A DNA stretch of 53,188 nucleotides. Source: an uncultured Gammaproteobacteria bacterium. GTDB lineage: Bacteria; Patescibacteriota; Patescibacteriia; SBBC01; CAIJZX01. The stretch's first letter is position 1; each line of letters begins with the position of its first letter. The DNA lies in assembly GCA_964518425.1 (NCBI GenBank), contig CAZFGG010000006.1:1-53188 (forward strand), written 5' to 3'. The position numbers and the translations under genes are program-made. Under the pieces are notes generated by a model. That model saw only the letters and a list, made by a program, of their open reading frames with translations. It was not told the origin of the DNA and ran no database searches. This document shows positions 7,793-17,888 of the stretch, piece by piece.

Positions 7793-8254
7793 ATGACCCT
7801 GACGTCTTCGGCATTTACCGATGGGAAACCAATCCCCAAGCAGTTCACCTGCGACGGGCAAAACATTACTCCTCCGTTGGTCATCAGCGCTGTCCCGACT
7901 GGCGCAAAAAGCTTGGCCTTGATTATGGAGGATCCCGATGTGCCGCGTAATCTCCGACCTGATGGATTATTTATCCATTGGTTGGTCTGGAATATCCCTC
8001 CGTCGACCAAAGAAATTCCTGGTGGAGCTGCTCTCCCGGGCGTGGCTGGTGAAAATACGACTGGACAAATCGGATACGTCGGCCCCTGTCCACCCTCTGG
8101 TGAGCACCGTTATTATTTTCGTCTCTACGCTCTTGATACTGATCTGATGATTCCTTCGAGCGCCTCAAAAGCTGAACTGCTCCAGGCTATGGACGGTCAT
8201 CTGATTGATCAAGCTGAACTGATGGGACGATATCAACGGTCAGTCTCAGTCTAG
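7793..8254 (+). CDS. YbhB/YbcL family (PEBP) protein
   Basis: LTSSAF, FTCDG, MEDPD, HWLVWNI, YVGPCPPSGEHRYYFRLYALD; start at ATG 7793. Confidence 0.92.
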   Translation: MTLTSSAFTDGKPIPKQFTCDGQNITPPLVISAVPTGAKSLALIMEDPDVPRNLRPDGLFIHWLVWNIPPSTKEIPGGAALPGVAGENTTGQIGYVGPCPPSGEHRYYFRLYALDTDLMIPSSASKAELLQAMDGHLIDQAELMGRYQRSVSV

Positions 8255-8286
8255 TCAAGACCTTCGGGAGACGGTAGAGTGAGGCC

Positions 8287-9738
8287 ATGTCAACTCAGGA
8301 TCTTGATCATGTTGTTCGTGGGATCGCCCAAGCGATAACTCAGGCTGGGGGCCGGACGTTTTTTGTTGGCGGGCCAGTTCGAGATCAGCTCTTGGGTCAT
8401 CCAAGTAAAGACTACGACCTAGAAATTTTTGGTTTGCCTGGTGACCAAATTCGAACCATCGCTGAACGTTTCGGATACGCCAAAGATGTCGGCCAAATTT
8501 TCGGTATTCTGAAACTACGAATCGGCGACCATGAAATTGATATCGCCGCTCCTCGGCGTGAGCGGAAAACTGGCCCTGGCCATACTGGATTTGCTGTCGC
8601 CGTTGACCCGACCATGACGCCAGCTGACGCCGCGCGGCGGCGGGATTTCACGATCAATGCCATCATGCAGGACGTTTTGACTGACGAATTAATTGATCCA
8701 CATCACGGTCAAGAGGATATCCGGAAAAAAATCTTGCGCGTGGTCGATCCAGCGACCTTTGTCGAAGACCCCTTGCGTGTTCTTCGGGCTTTTCAATTCG
8801 CCGCCCGGTTTGACTTGATAATCGATCCAGCCACAAAAAATATTCTACGCGACATGTTGCCGTCAGTTATTGAGCTCCCACCTGACCGGTTGCGGCAAGA
8901 ATGGATCAAGCTGTGTCTGCAAGCAAGGCGTCCGTCGATAGGTTTCAACCTAGCCTTCGACATCGGATACTTCCAGCGCTGGCCGGAGTTCGAGAAGATG
9001 AAGACGACGATGCAAGGCGCGACCGAGCATCCCGAAGGGGACGTCTGGAAACATACAATGATGGCCGTCGATAAGGCGGTGATGATTTCCGAGCGGGATA
9101 CGCTAACCGATGAAGCGCGATTGATGGTTGTTTTAGCAGCGTTTTGTCACGATGTTGGGAAGCCGGCAACGATGCGCCGAGAAGGAAATAAAATCACTGC
9201 CCATGGTCACGCCCAAGCCGGGGTTAAGCCATCACGACGATGGCTAGCCAGCCAGGGGTTCTCTGAGCACCTCATCGACCCGATCGTTAATCTTGTTCGT
9301 GACCACATGGTCCTCCACGAACTCTTCGAGTCTGATCGTCGCGCACCAGTCACCGACGGCGCGATTCGCCGGATGCTCCGCAAACTTTATCCAGCCACCA
9401 TTCAACAGTTGGTCTCCGTTGGCGAGGCCGATTTCTTGGGCCGGGGACCTTGGCCCGGACGCGACGGACGACCAGTTTGGCCGAGTCATTATCCTCGGAA
9501 AACCTGGTTTCTTGACCGACTGGCTCGGGCCAAGCTTGAAGATGACCCGCCGCCGATTATCCAAGGCCGCGATCTGATCGCTCTCGGTTGGAAACCTGGT
9601 CCAGACTTTAGTCGAGTGATTGAAGCCGCCGAAAAGTACGCCGAAGATACCAGCGCTTCGCAGGAAGATATTCTCCATCTCATTCGGAAAGCTGGCTCGG
9701 CCGAGGAGTCACTTCGGACGTTGTCTGCGCGTTCGTAG
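8287..9738 (+). CDS. cca: CCA tRNA nucleotidyltransferase with HD domain
   Basis: [42 protein letters not shown]. Confidence 0.9.
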   Translation: MSTQDLDHVVRGIAQAITQAGGRTFFVGGPVRDQLLGHPSKDYDLEIFGLPGDQIRTIAERFGYAKDVGQIFGILKLRIGDHEIDIAAPRRERKTGPGHTGFAVAVDPTMTPADAARRRDFTINAIMQDVLTDELIDPHHGQEDIRKKILRVVDPATFVEDPLRVLRAFQFAARFDLIIDPATKNILRDMLPSVIELPPDRLRQEWIKLCLQARRPSIGFNLAFDIGYFQRWPEFEKMKTTMQGATEHPEGDVWKHTMMAVDKAVMISERDTLTDEARLMVVLAAFCHDVGKPATMRREGNKITAHGHAQAGVKPSRRWLASQGFSEHLIDPIVNLVRDHMVLHELFESDRRAPVTDGAIRRMLRKLYPATIQQLVSVGEADFLGRGPWPGRDGRPVWPSHYPRKTWFLDRLARAKLEDDPPPIIQGRDLIALGWKPGPDFSRVIEAAEKYAEDTSASQEDILHLIRKAGSAEESLRTLSARS

Positions 9739-10951
9739 CGTGCCATCGCGGTAACCATTGTCGCCATCGCTGCTGCTGACGAGTCAGCGGCATGTTGAGA
9801 TACAGTGGACTGAACCAGAGAAAGATGATGATCCCTATGGCCAGATATGCGATGGTCTGGGGGCGATGGTCCTTCCAACGCTGACCAAAGAGAATAGCCA
9901 CCAACATAATCGTCAACAGTCCAAAGGGCATCGCATGGTAGCTATACATGACGCGATGAATGAAAGCGAACGGCAGCCACGTCATTAGTAATAATACATT
10001 CAGCAGGCGCATAGGTGGCCGCGTCCAACCGTGGATGAGACTGTATCCGAAGGCAACGACCCCCGTCCACCAGAGCCAGGGATTTGGTAGCGACCAGATG
10101 ACGCTCATTTTTGATCCAGCGGACTGCGTCCAGTAGACGAACGGTTGCCACATAACCAACCAACCCCACCACGGTTGGGCGTATGGATCGCCGTGTGATG
10201 GAACGCTGAGGTGGTAGTTCAACATGTGAATATTGGTTTGCCAAAACGTATCGGGAACACCAAGCCAGCCAAAATGCAGTCGAAAAACAAATTGATAGAT
10301 CACCCCTGGCAACAGTATCAGGGTGACAAAAGAGATCACCCATATCCATCCTGACTGCTTGAAACTGCGCTCCTGCCCGAAGAGCTTTGGCCAACTCCAC
10401 AAGAGAAGAGCTGGCACAATAATCATTGCCGCTAACCATTTCACCGATACTCCCAGGCCGATGAGCGTCCCAGCGCTCAGCAGCCACCACGCTGGCCGAC
10501 GCGACTCAAGCGCTTTCAATACACCGGCCAGGGCGGCAAAGCTATAGAGAATGTACGGCACGTTGATCAAACCAAGGCGGGACTCAACCAGGAGAAATCC
10601 GTCGAGTAAGCTCAGAAGAACAACCAGATTAGCGGCGACCCGATTGCGGGAGAGCCGCCAAACGAGCCACCACAGTACGGGCACCAACAAGGCGCCCTCA
10701 ACAGCATTGACGATACGCCACGTGAATGGCGTGTATCCAAAGAACGTAAAGACCGCGGCCAACTGGAGTTTGCCGAGCGGCGGATGCGGATCAAAGTATG
10801 GTTGAGCGAGGACGTAGTCCTGTCCATCGCGAACAAAAAAGGTTTCGTCACTGACAATCGTTGCTGGTTGACTAAGATGCCAAAGGTGCATGCCCAGGGC
10901 CAGAACAAATCCCAGCCAGGGCACGAGATAGAGCTTCCAGCGGTCAGACAT
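9680..10951 (-). CDS. PMT/ArnT-like (GT39, GT-C fold) protein O-glycosyltransferase
   Basis: SDETFF, DPHPPLGK, ESRLGL, SVKW, PWWGW, NPWLWW, YSYH; start moved to ATG 10951 after TGcTATACT. Confidence 0.85.
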   Translation of the reverse strand: MSDRWKLYLVPWLGFVLALGMHLWHLSQPATIVSDETFFVRDGQDYVLAQPYFDPHPPLGKLQLAAVFTFFGYTPFTWRIVNAVEGALLVPVLWWLVWRLSRNRVAANLVVLLSLLDGFLLVESRLGLINVPYILYSFAALAGVLKALESRRPAWWLLSAGTLIGLGVSVKWLAAMIIVPALLLWSWPKLFGQERSFKQSGWIWVISFVTLILLPGVIYQFVFRLHFGWLGVPDTFWQTNIHMLNYHLSVPSHGDPYAQPWWGWLVMWQPFVYWTQSAGSKMSVIWSLPNPWLWWTGVVAFGYSLIHGWTRPPMRLLNVLLLMTWLPFAFIHRVMYSYHAMPFGLLTIMLVAILFGQRWKDHRPQTIAYLAIGIIIFLWFSPLYLNMPLTRQQQRWRQWLPRWHATNAQTTSEVTPRPSQLSE

Positions 10952-11008
10952 GGTGTACAGTATAGCAAGAGAGTGGACATGAGCGCGAAAATGTGGTAAA
11001 GTCATCAC

Positions 11009-11890
11009 ATGCCAAAAAAACGGCACGGACAAAAAATACGCAAGGCGGTCATCCCGGTGGCTGGTTTTGGTACCCGCTTTTTACCGGCGACCATCGCTCA
11101 GCCGAAAGAAATGTTGACCGTCGTCGACACACCGGTCATTCAGTACATTGTTGAGGAAATGGCGGCGGCTGGGATTGAAGAAATCATTTTCGTCACCGGG
11201 CGCAATAAACGAGCAATTGAAGACCATTTTGACTACTCCCCTGAACTCGAACAGTCACTCAAGGATGGCGGGAAGGCGGATCTCTTGAAAGAAGTCCACC
11301 GCATCTCAAAGCTGGCCAAGTTCGTCTATGTCCGGCAAAATAAAATGCTTGGCAACGCGAATGCCCTCTACATGGCCAAGGATATTGTTGGGGATGAACC
11401 TTTCGCTTTCTCGTATGGTGATGACATCATCCAAGCCAAGAGACCAGCCATCAAACAACTGATTGATGTCTATCATCGCACACGATCAACGGTCATAGGA
11501 ACGATGCTCGTCAAGCCTGACGTAGCACATCGGTATGGCATCATGAAACCGTCCGGCCCCATTCGCGGAAAAACGTTCCGCGTCAGTTCAATCGTTGAAA
11601 AACCAACGGGCCACCCGCCCTCCCTTCACTTTAGTCCTGGCCGCTACGTTTTTACACCAGATATCTTTTCCTACATCGAAAAAACCCAGCCGTCGATTAA
11701 CGGAGAAACGTTCATTACGGAAGCGGTCAACCTGATGGCCCGTCGTAAACCAGTCTACGCCCATCAAATGGCTGGGCGGTATTTTGATTGTGGCAGTAAA
11801 CGTGAATACCTCAAGGCCAATATTTTTTTCGCGCTCCAGCATCATGACCTCCAAAAAGACATCCGGGCTTATCTCAAAAAACCAATCTAA
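11009..11890 (+). CDS. galU: UTP--glucose-1-phosphate uridylyltransferase
   Basis: KAVIPVAGFGTRFLPAT, PKEML, AIEDHFD, VEKP, DCGSK. Confidence 0.93.
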   Translation: MPKKRHGQKIRKAVIPVAGFGTRFLPATIAQPKEMLTVVDTPVIQYIVEEMAAAGIEEIIFVTGRNKRAIEDHFDYSPELEQSLKDGGKADLLKEVHRISKLAKFVYVRQNKMLGNANALYMAKDIVGDEPFAFSYGDDIIQAKRPAIKQLIDVYHRTRSTVIGTMLVKPDVAHRYGIMKPSGPIRGKTFRVSSIVEKPTGHPPSLHFSPGRYVFTPDIFSYIEKTQPSINGETFITEAVNLMARRKPVYAHQMAGRYFDCGSKREYLKANIFFALQHHDLQKDIRAYLKKPI

Positions 11891-11893
11891 CCT

Positions 11894-13267
11894 ATGCGTC
11901 GCGTTCTGATCATCATTGCCATCCTGCTGATTCCTGCTATTCCCATCGTTTTAGTAGTGTCCGGGGTAATCAAGAAAAAGCCGATCACGGCGCCGCCGGT
12001 CGCTTTGACGGTCTGGGGCACCGAAGATAACGACAAAGCCTTGGCTGGGACCATCGCCCAGTATCGTGCTACCCATCCCTACGTCACGATCACCTATCAA
12101 AAGGCTGCGACCGACGACTATTTCCAAAACCTCCTGCAGGCCTGGTCTCAAGGCACCGGCCCAGATATTTTCTTTGTCCCGAATGCCTGGATTGGACAAA
12201 TGACGTCCTACGGTATTCCCATGCCGGCCAATCTGACCATTCCGGTGGTCCGAACAACGAAGGGGGTTTTTGGTGTCAGCCGGACGGTCATCAACCAACC
12301 TCTGACCGCTCCGTCACTCAGTTCAATCCACGACACGTTCGTTGATGCCGTTGGCAACGACATCGATCGCGATGGCCAGATCTGGGCCCTGCCGTTATCG
12401 ATGGATACGATCGTCACGTACTACAATAAAGACCTGCTCAATAACGCCAAAATTTTCGAGCCAGCAAAAACCTGGCCGGAGCTGGCCAGTCAAGTCAGCG
12501 GAAATCATTTAACCGTCACTGATGCCCAAGGTAACCTGGTTCGATCGGCGACGGCGCTCGGGACATCGAACAATGTGCCGTACGCAACCGACTTGTTGAC
12601 CTTATTGATGCTGCAGAACGGAGCCACGATGACCACGGCTGACCGGCACGCTTCCTTCAACCAGCCTCCGGGACTCATTGCTCTGAATTTCTACACCAGC
12701 TTTGCTCAGTCAACCAAGACGACCTATAGCTGGGACGGTAACCAAACCAATGGCCGGGATGCTTTTTTACAGGGCAAGGTCGCGTATTACTTCGGCACAC
12801 TCGATGACCGCTCGGTCATTGCGGCTGGCAACCTCAATTGGGGGGTCAGCCCCATGCTCCATCTATCGTCCAGCGGGGATAACGATTCTGCTTCTGGGGG
12901 CGAACGATTCATTGACGTCGCTCGATATCAGGTCGGCATGGTGTCTCGGGCCGCCGCGACTGCTGGCCGCGGAACTGTCGCCTGGAACTTCTTACAATTC
13001 GCCAGTCAGGCCAATAACGTTTCCAGCTTCCTGAAGGTGACCGGCGGTTTGTCTGCCCAGAAGAGCATCCTCGTTACTCAGAAAGATGACCCGCGATTAA
13101 CCGTCTTTGCTGGACAGCTCTTAACGGCCAAAACCTGGTACCACGGTACCGGCGGTCAGGTGATCGAAGGGTACTTTAAAGATTTGATTTCCAGTGTTGT
13201 CAGCGGGAAAGCCAGCGCCCAAGAAGCCCTGGACTTAGCTGCAAAACAAGTTGAGTCAACGCTATGA
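11894..13267 (+). CDS. Membrane-anchored extracellular solute-binding protein (SBP_bac_1-like)
   Basis: N-terminal TM, LTVWG, GPDIF, ALPLSMDT..YYNKDL, AFLQGKVA. Confidence 0.85.
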   Translation: MRRVLIIIAILLIPAIPIVLVVSGVIKKKPITAPPVALTVWGTEDNDKALAGTIAQYRATHPYVTITYQKAATDDYFQNLLQAWSQGTGPDIFFVPNAWIGQMTSYGIPMPANLTIPVVRTTKGVFGVSRTVINQPLTAPSLSSIHDTFVDAVGNDIDRDGQIWALPLSMDTIVTYYNKDLLNNAKIFEPAKTWPELASQVSGNHLTVTDAQGNLVRSATALGTSNNVPYATDLLTLLMLQNGATMTTADRHASFNQPPGLIALNFYTSFAQSTKTTYSWDGNQTNGRDAFLQGKVAYYFGTLDDRSVIAAGNLNWGVSPMLHLSSSGDNDSASGGERFIDVARYQVGMVSRAAATAGRGTVAWNFLQFASQANNVSSFLKVTGGLSAQKSILVTQKDDPRLTVFAGQLLTAKTWYHGTGGQVIEGYFKDLISSVVSGKASAQEALDLAAKQVESTL

Positions 13268-14466
13268 CTTGGAAGCGTTGGAGCCTGGTTACCCTTCTCG
13301 TCGTCACTCTGTTGGGTGGCGGACTACGGGTCCACGCCGCCTTAGTCGTACCGTGTGACACGACCATAGAAAACGGGCAGTTTACCGACCCCTGCACCGT
13401 CGACAAGTTCGTCGAACAGTTCATCATCCTTTCACAATACGCCCTGAGCATTGTAGTGGTTTTAGGCATGCTGATGATGGTCTACGGCGGCGTCCAATTC
13501 ATTACCGCGGCCGGCCGGCCGGCCAAAGTCGAGGAGGGAAAACGGGTAATTGAGGGGACGATCATCGGAATTATTATTTCTATGACCGCCTTCGTCATCG
13601 TCAACTTCACGATAGCGGCCGTCACCGGGTCGGCCGTGGCCAGTCACAGTATTAACCCCTTTGGGGCTATCGCCCGAGTGTTCTCCGGTAAAAAAGGTTT
13701 GGAGCGAGCGTTTAATACCACCGGCCAGACGAGTGGCGGTGGTGGGTGCCAGAGTTTAACGACTGGCTGGGACAAAGACTGTTCGAATCAGTTACACTGT
13801 GCCGATGCCAGCAAGGATAGCGGAGCCATACATGATTTACAAAAGAAACTCAGCGCGGCTGGATGCACGGATGACAGCAACGCCGGCTTGGTTGCCGACG
13901 GTTGCTTCGGACCAAAAACGTATTCTGCCGTCCGCCGGTTCCAGATCGCTAATCAGCTGCCGCCAACTGGGCAGGTCGACGACCAAACGTTGAATCGTCT
14001 GAATGGTGGTGGCCAAACCTGCACATCAAATACCACATTGATTAGCGGAGTAGTGGCCCAATTGCCAACCGTCCAAGATGCAAGTCAGACATTTTCCGCT
14101 ACCCAAACTGGATGTTGCGTTGTAAAAAACTCAAGCGGTCAGCCACTCTTTTGTGGTGATAAAGTTTCAGAACGAACTTGTGCCGGGGTCGGCAGCTTCG
14201 CTGAGTTTTATGGTGGCGACCCTGGGTTCTTCTCGGGCGTGAGTAGCTGCGCCACTGATACGTCTACCCGGAATGTCTGCGGGTATTGTCAGGATTCTCG
14301 CGATCAACAATGTTTCCAAACCACCTCCGCTCACTGGTGCACCGATATTGTCCGGGACTCGGCTAGTCCAAACTTCCGGATGACCTTTCAAGCCGGCCGG
14401 ACCTGCAATGGCGAGTCCGCTTGCCAGAATGGCTGTACGAGCGAATTGTTGAATCTCCCACCGTAG
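13264..14466 (+). CDS. VirB2/TrbC-like pilin fused to a peptidoglycan-binding domain and a Cys-rich tail
   Basis: Pilin core YGGVQFITAAG...VEEGKRVI..IIG; PG_binding_1-like LQKKL..DGCFGPKTYSAVRRFQ..LPPTGQVD; 20 Cys counted. Confidence 0.8.
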   Translation: MTWKRWSLVTLLVVTLLGGGLRVHAALVVPCDTTIENGQFTDPCTVDKFVEQFIILSQYALSIVVVLGMLMMVYGGVQFITAAGRPAKVEEGKRVIEGTIIGIIISMTAFVIVNFTIAAVTGSAVASHSINPFGAIARVFSGKKGLERAFNTTGQTSGGGGCQSLTTGWDKDCSNQLHCADASKDSGAIHDLQKKLSAAGCTDDSNAGLVADGCFGPKTYSAVRRFQIANQLPPTGQVDDQTLNRLNGGGQTCTSNTTLISGVVAQLPTVQDASQTFSATQTGCCVVKNSSGQPLFCGDKVSERTCAGVGSFAEFYGGDPGFFSGVSSCATDTSTRNVCGYCQDSRDQQCFQTTSAHWCTDIVRDSASPNFRMTFQAGRTCNGESACQNGCTSELLNLPP

Positions 14467-14483
14467 TCTGATACAGTTGTCCT

Positions 14484-14837
14484 ATGCGACGCTTCTTTCC
14501 GCTCATCCTGGCTGCTGTATTGATGTTGGCGATCGCCAGTCCCGCCCTGGCTGATTCGACTGGCTCAAGCACGAGCGCCGTTACTATTCCGAATCCTATC
14601 GCCTGCAATGACGCGACCTGTTTGATTAGCCAGGTGATTCGGTACATTCTTGGCGTTATCGCTATCCTGGCGACCCTGATGTTTGTCTGGGGAGGGGTCA
14701 TGATGTTAACCTCCGCGGGCAACGCTGATCGGGTCAAGCGTGCAAAAGAGACGTTAGCCTGGGCGGCCATTGGTATCATCATCATCATTCTCAGCTGGGC
14801 CATCATTCGTTTCGTTCTATCCGGTCTGCTCAAATAA
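14484..14837 (+). CDS. VirB2/TrbC-like pilin
   Basis: Signal peptide, IPNPI, WGGVMMLTSAGNADRVKRAKETLAWAAIG. Confidence 0.85.
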   Translation: MRRFFPLILAAVLMLAIASPALADSTGSSTSAVTIPNPIACNDATCLISQVIRYILGVIAILATLMFVWGGVMMLTSAGNADRVKRAKETLAWAAIGIIIIILSWAIIRFVLSGLLK

Positions 14838-14877
14838 GCCTTTTGAGGGCAAAAGAGGTGCTCTGAGGATAACGCGT

Positions 14878-14906
14878 TTGACAAAGAACGCTGTTTTGTG
14901 TACAGT
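14878..14906 (+). promoter_or_regulatory. Near-consensus sigma70 promoter of the tandem pilin genes
   Basis: TTGACA-N17-TACAGT with an extended -10 TG. Confidence 0.75.
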
Positions 14907-14964
14907 AATGACCAGTTCATTCAATCGGTCAACATTTATTTAACGAATTAAGGAATTTCTTTCT

Positions 14965-15342
14965 ATGAAACTCCAAAAGTTTGCCAAAGTGGCACTCATT
15001 GCTGGTTCGCTCGCGGCCTTAGCACTGCCAGTCATGGCCAGCGCCCAATCAGCAACGAGCTTCAGTATTGAGAATATCGGTAGCTCAATCGGTCTCGGGA
15101 CGTCGGATTTGAAAACGACCGTCGTCAACATCATTAAGTTGGTCCTCGGTTTGATGACCCTCCTGGCCGTCGCCCTGATCATCTATGGTGGTTTCGTTTG
15201 GTTGACCGCGGCTGGCAACGAAGAAAACGTTGAGAAAGCCAAGCGGATCATTTCCGCCGCGGTTATCGGATTAGTCATTATTCTGTTGGCCTGGGCCATC
15301 GTCATCTTCGTGGCCAACACGACTGCTAACGTTACCAAGTAA
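14965..15342 (+). CDS. VirB2/TrbC-like pilin (probable major pilin 1)
   Basis: Signal peptide, YGGFVWLTAAGNEENVEKAKRIISAAVIG; strong promoter upstream. Confidence 0.88.
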   Translation: MKLQKFAKVALIAGSLAALALPVMASAQSATSFSIENIGSSIGLGTSDLKTTVVNIIKLVLGLMTLLAVALIIYGGFVWLTAAGNEENVEKAKRIISAAVIGLVIILLAWAIVIFVANTTANVTK

Positions 15343-15390
15343 CGTCTCGATTCTTTTTCACATCTTCTCTGTTGAAAGGGGGTGACATAC

Positions 15391-15759
15391 ATGAAACTCT
15401 CAAAAATTTCTAAATTCGCAGTTCTCGCCGGTACGCTGGCAACCGTAGCTCTTCCGTTCGCCGCATCCGCGACGAGCTTCAGCATCGAATCGGTTGGTAG
15501 CACGCTTGGTCTCGGCACATCCGACCTCAAGCAGACCGTCGTGAACATCTTGAACCTGGTGCTCGGCCTCTTGGCTTTGATCGCCGTGGTCATGATTATT
15601 ATCGGTGGCTTCACATGGCTCACCGCTGGTGGCAACGAAGAAAAAGTGGACAAAGCGAAGAAAATTATTTCGGCCGCTGTTATTGGTTTGATCATCGTCC
15701 TGTTGGCCTGGGCTGTCGTTATCTTCGTGGCTCGTACCACTGCAAACGTTACCGCGTAA
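15391..15759 (+). CDS. VirB2/TrbC-like pilin (paralogue of 14965-15342)
   Basis: 74 of 97 residues identical to the upstream pilin from SATSFS to the C-terminus (hand count); ATG 15391 preferred over GTG 15382. Confidence 0.88.
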   Translation: MKLSKISKFAVLAGTLATVALPFAASATSFSIESVGSTLGLGTSDLKQTVVNILNLVLGLLALIAVVMIIIGGFTWLTAGGNEEKVDKAKKIISAAVIGLIIVLLAWAVVIFVARTTANVTA

Positions 15760-15778
15760 AAATTCCCTTCAATCATTC

Positions 15779-15812
15779 AACCGCTTCCCCCGCTTGGGGG
15801 AGGCGGTTTGTT
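15779..15812 (+). terminator. Intrinsic terminator after the pilin pair
   Basis: AACCGCTTCCC...GGGAGGCGGTT followed by TGTT. Confidence 0.7.
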
Positions 15813-15883
15813 GTCGATGACGGCCGTATCCGATACACTGGACGCATGTTGACTGGACGGGAGACTGACCCGAGGTACCAATC

Positions 15884-17872
15884 ATGAACCAAAACTTTTC
15901 TAGCTGGATGAAGCTTTATGAGCGTCGGTTGCTCATAGGTTCGGCGATGGTATTTGTTGTAGTCATTAGCTTGCTCGGAGCATGGAAGGTGTGGGCGTTT
16001 GGCTACAACGGATTTGACTTGGCTATCTACCAGCAGGTCATGTTCAACTCGATTCACGGGCACCTGTTTGGCCTGACCATTAATCCTAATAGTTTTCTTG
16101 GCGATCATTTAGAGTTAGGACTGGTGCCGCTCCTGGCGTTCTACGCGATCGCGCCGCACCCACTCACCCTGGTGATCCTTCAAGCCTGTGCCTTGGCCAT
16201 TGCCGTCTTTCCCTTAACCAAGATAGCCTCGGTGCTCGTTGGCCGACCGTGGCATATGCTCTTCGGACTGATGTACCTAGCGAATCCGGTCGTCCAAAAT
16301 ATGAGCCTCTTTGAGTTTCACATGCTTCCTTTTGCCCTTCCGGTCATCAGTTACGCCTTATTGGCCTTCATCGAGAGGCGATTTCGTCGGTGTATTCTCT
16401 TCTGCGCCTTGGCGCTGATCATTCGAGAAGATGTTGCCCTGGCCATTATCGGATTTGGTTTCCTGGCCGTTATTGAGCGTCGCTCATGGCGCTGGAGCAT
16501 GGTGCCAATTCTTCTTGGCGGAGCTTGGCTGGTCGCCGCACTTGCCCTCATCGGCCACCTTAATGGTGGGAACCAGTATAAATTCCTTCAGTACTACAGT
16601 TCCCTCGGAAGCTCGGCTGGCGCGATTTTATTATCGGTCTTCACAAAACCATGGTTATTCTTTGGTCTCTTGCTGAGGAACGACAACTTGAAATTTCTCC
16701 TGGTGTTGCTGATGCCGTTTGCCTATCTCCCCCTCTGGCGTCCGCGCTGGCTTATCCCCGCCATTCCCACCCTGCTCCAACTCCTCCTGCTCCCAACGAC
16801 CGGCGTACTCCTGACACAAATTCATTATCCAGTTTTGCTTATTCCCTTTGTCTTCACCGCCGCAGCGGCCGGATGGAAAACGTTGCTGACCTCATCGAAC
16901 GAAACCTTTAAGAAATATGGGGGAGTCGGCCTGGCCGCCGTGCTGAGCGTTCTCGTGATTCTGTATACTATGTTTACCTTGGGACCTTTCGCCCAAGCGC
17001 TCCCCATCGTCGCCACATCTGCATCCATCTCTGGCCGGGTTCATCTTGAACGAAATATTATCCGGATGATTCCTTCAGGCGGGGTCGTGGCTGGTTATGA
17101 AACGATCACTGCTCTGGCTGCTCGTTCAAAGCTCTACTCACTTCAGTATGTTTTTCTTGGCTTGAAGCAGTTTTCCGACCAAGCCTATACCCTACCTGAT
17201 GATGCCTCCACTATCGTTCTTGATCTCCGAGACTTTCTATTTTTTCAACTCAACTACCCTCACCAAAGCGTAGCTGAGCGGGGAGGCTATACCCGATTAC
17301 GTCAGATGATCGAACAACGGCACTTCCAAGTTACAACATATCTTGACCGCTTCGCGATCCTCAAAGAGGGCGCGTCGTCAGCGCCTCCCACACCGCTCGT
17401 CTCAACTGAAGTGCCGAGCGTAGTAGAGGGTACGCCCTCCATGCACGGAGAGCTGTCTTTTCTTGGTTGGTCGTCTCCCTCTGACAAGTTAGCGATCGAA
17501 TCTCAAAAAATTGGCGACGCGACGTTTCACTGTTTGCCAGTCAGCCTAACCGTAAAGAAAATCGCCTCGTCAAATGAAATTCGACCGATCGAGTTCATTT
17601 TCCGAACCAATGGCCAGGTTGTCTATCGTCAACTTCTTCCGCTCGGTGGAGGGATTCTCCCATCAAGTGACTGGACCATCAACCAGCCCGTGACGAGCCA
17701 TTATCGCCTCCTGATCCCAAGCTACCTAACCGGACAAACAACCGACGTTTCGGTTCACCTGCTCGACGTAGCCGGACAGATTGGCCTGAATGGTCTTCGC
17801 TCAGTCAGCCTGGACTATAGTCACTATCGCCAAGTAGGGCCATCAATTGACCTCGGCGTTTTGACCTTGTAG
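15884..17872 (+). CDS. DUF2079-family polytopic membrane protein (GT-C-like)
   Basis: FDLAIYQQ, FLGDH, FEFH, IREDV, IHY; about 10 TM segments plus an extracytoplasmic tail. Confidence 0.82.
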   Translation: MNQNFSSWMKLYERRLLIGSAMVFVVVISLLGAWKVWAFGYNGFDLAIYQQVMFNSIHGHLFGLTINPNSFLGDHLELGLVPLLAFYAIAPHPLTLVILQACALAIAVFPLTKIASVLVGRPWHMLFGLMYLANPVVQNMSLFEFHMLPFALPVISYALLAFIERRFRRCILFCALALIIREDVALAIIGFGFLAVIERRSWRWSMVPILLGGAWLVAALALIGHLNGGNQYKFLQYYSSLGSSAGAILLSVFTKPWLFFGLLLRNDNLKFLLVLLMPFAYLPLWRPRWLIPAIPTLLQLLLLPTTGVLLTQIHYPVLLIPFVFTAAAAGWKTLLTSSNETFKKYGGVGLAAVLSVLVILYTMFTLGPFAQALPIVATSASISGRVHLERNIIRMIPSGGVVAGYETITALAARSKLYSLQYVFLGLKQFSDQAYTLPDDASTIVLDLRDFLFFQLNYPHQSVAERGGYTRLRQMIEQRHFQVTTYLDRFAILKEGASSAPPTPLVSTEVPSVVEGTPSMHGELSFLGWSSPSDKLAIESQKIGDATFHCLPVSLTVKKIASSNEIRPIEFIFRTNGQVVYRQLLPLGGGILPSSDWTINQPVTSHYRLLIPSYLTGQTTDVSVHLLDVAGQIGLNGLRSVSLDYSHYRQVGPSIDLGVLTL

Positions 17873-17888
17873 TGCTACACTGCGACAT

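Noticed and set aside
9680-9738. Functional meaning for the 59-nt convergent overlap of cca and the PMT-like gene
   Set aside because: It involves only unconserved-looking tails; short convergent overlaps are common in this compact window.
13264-15759. Conjugative element or type IV secretion system
   Set aside because: Only pilin-like genes are present; no VirB4, VirD4, relaxase or integrase in the window.
15183-15776. 197-aa minus-strand ORF with an internal repeat
   Set aside because: Antisense shadow of the duplicated pilin genes.
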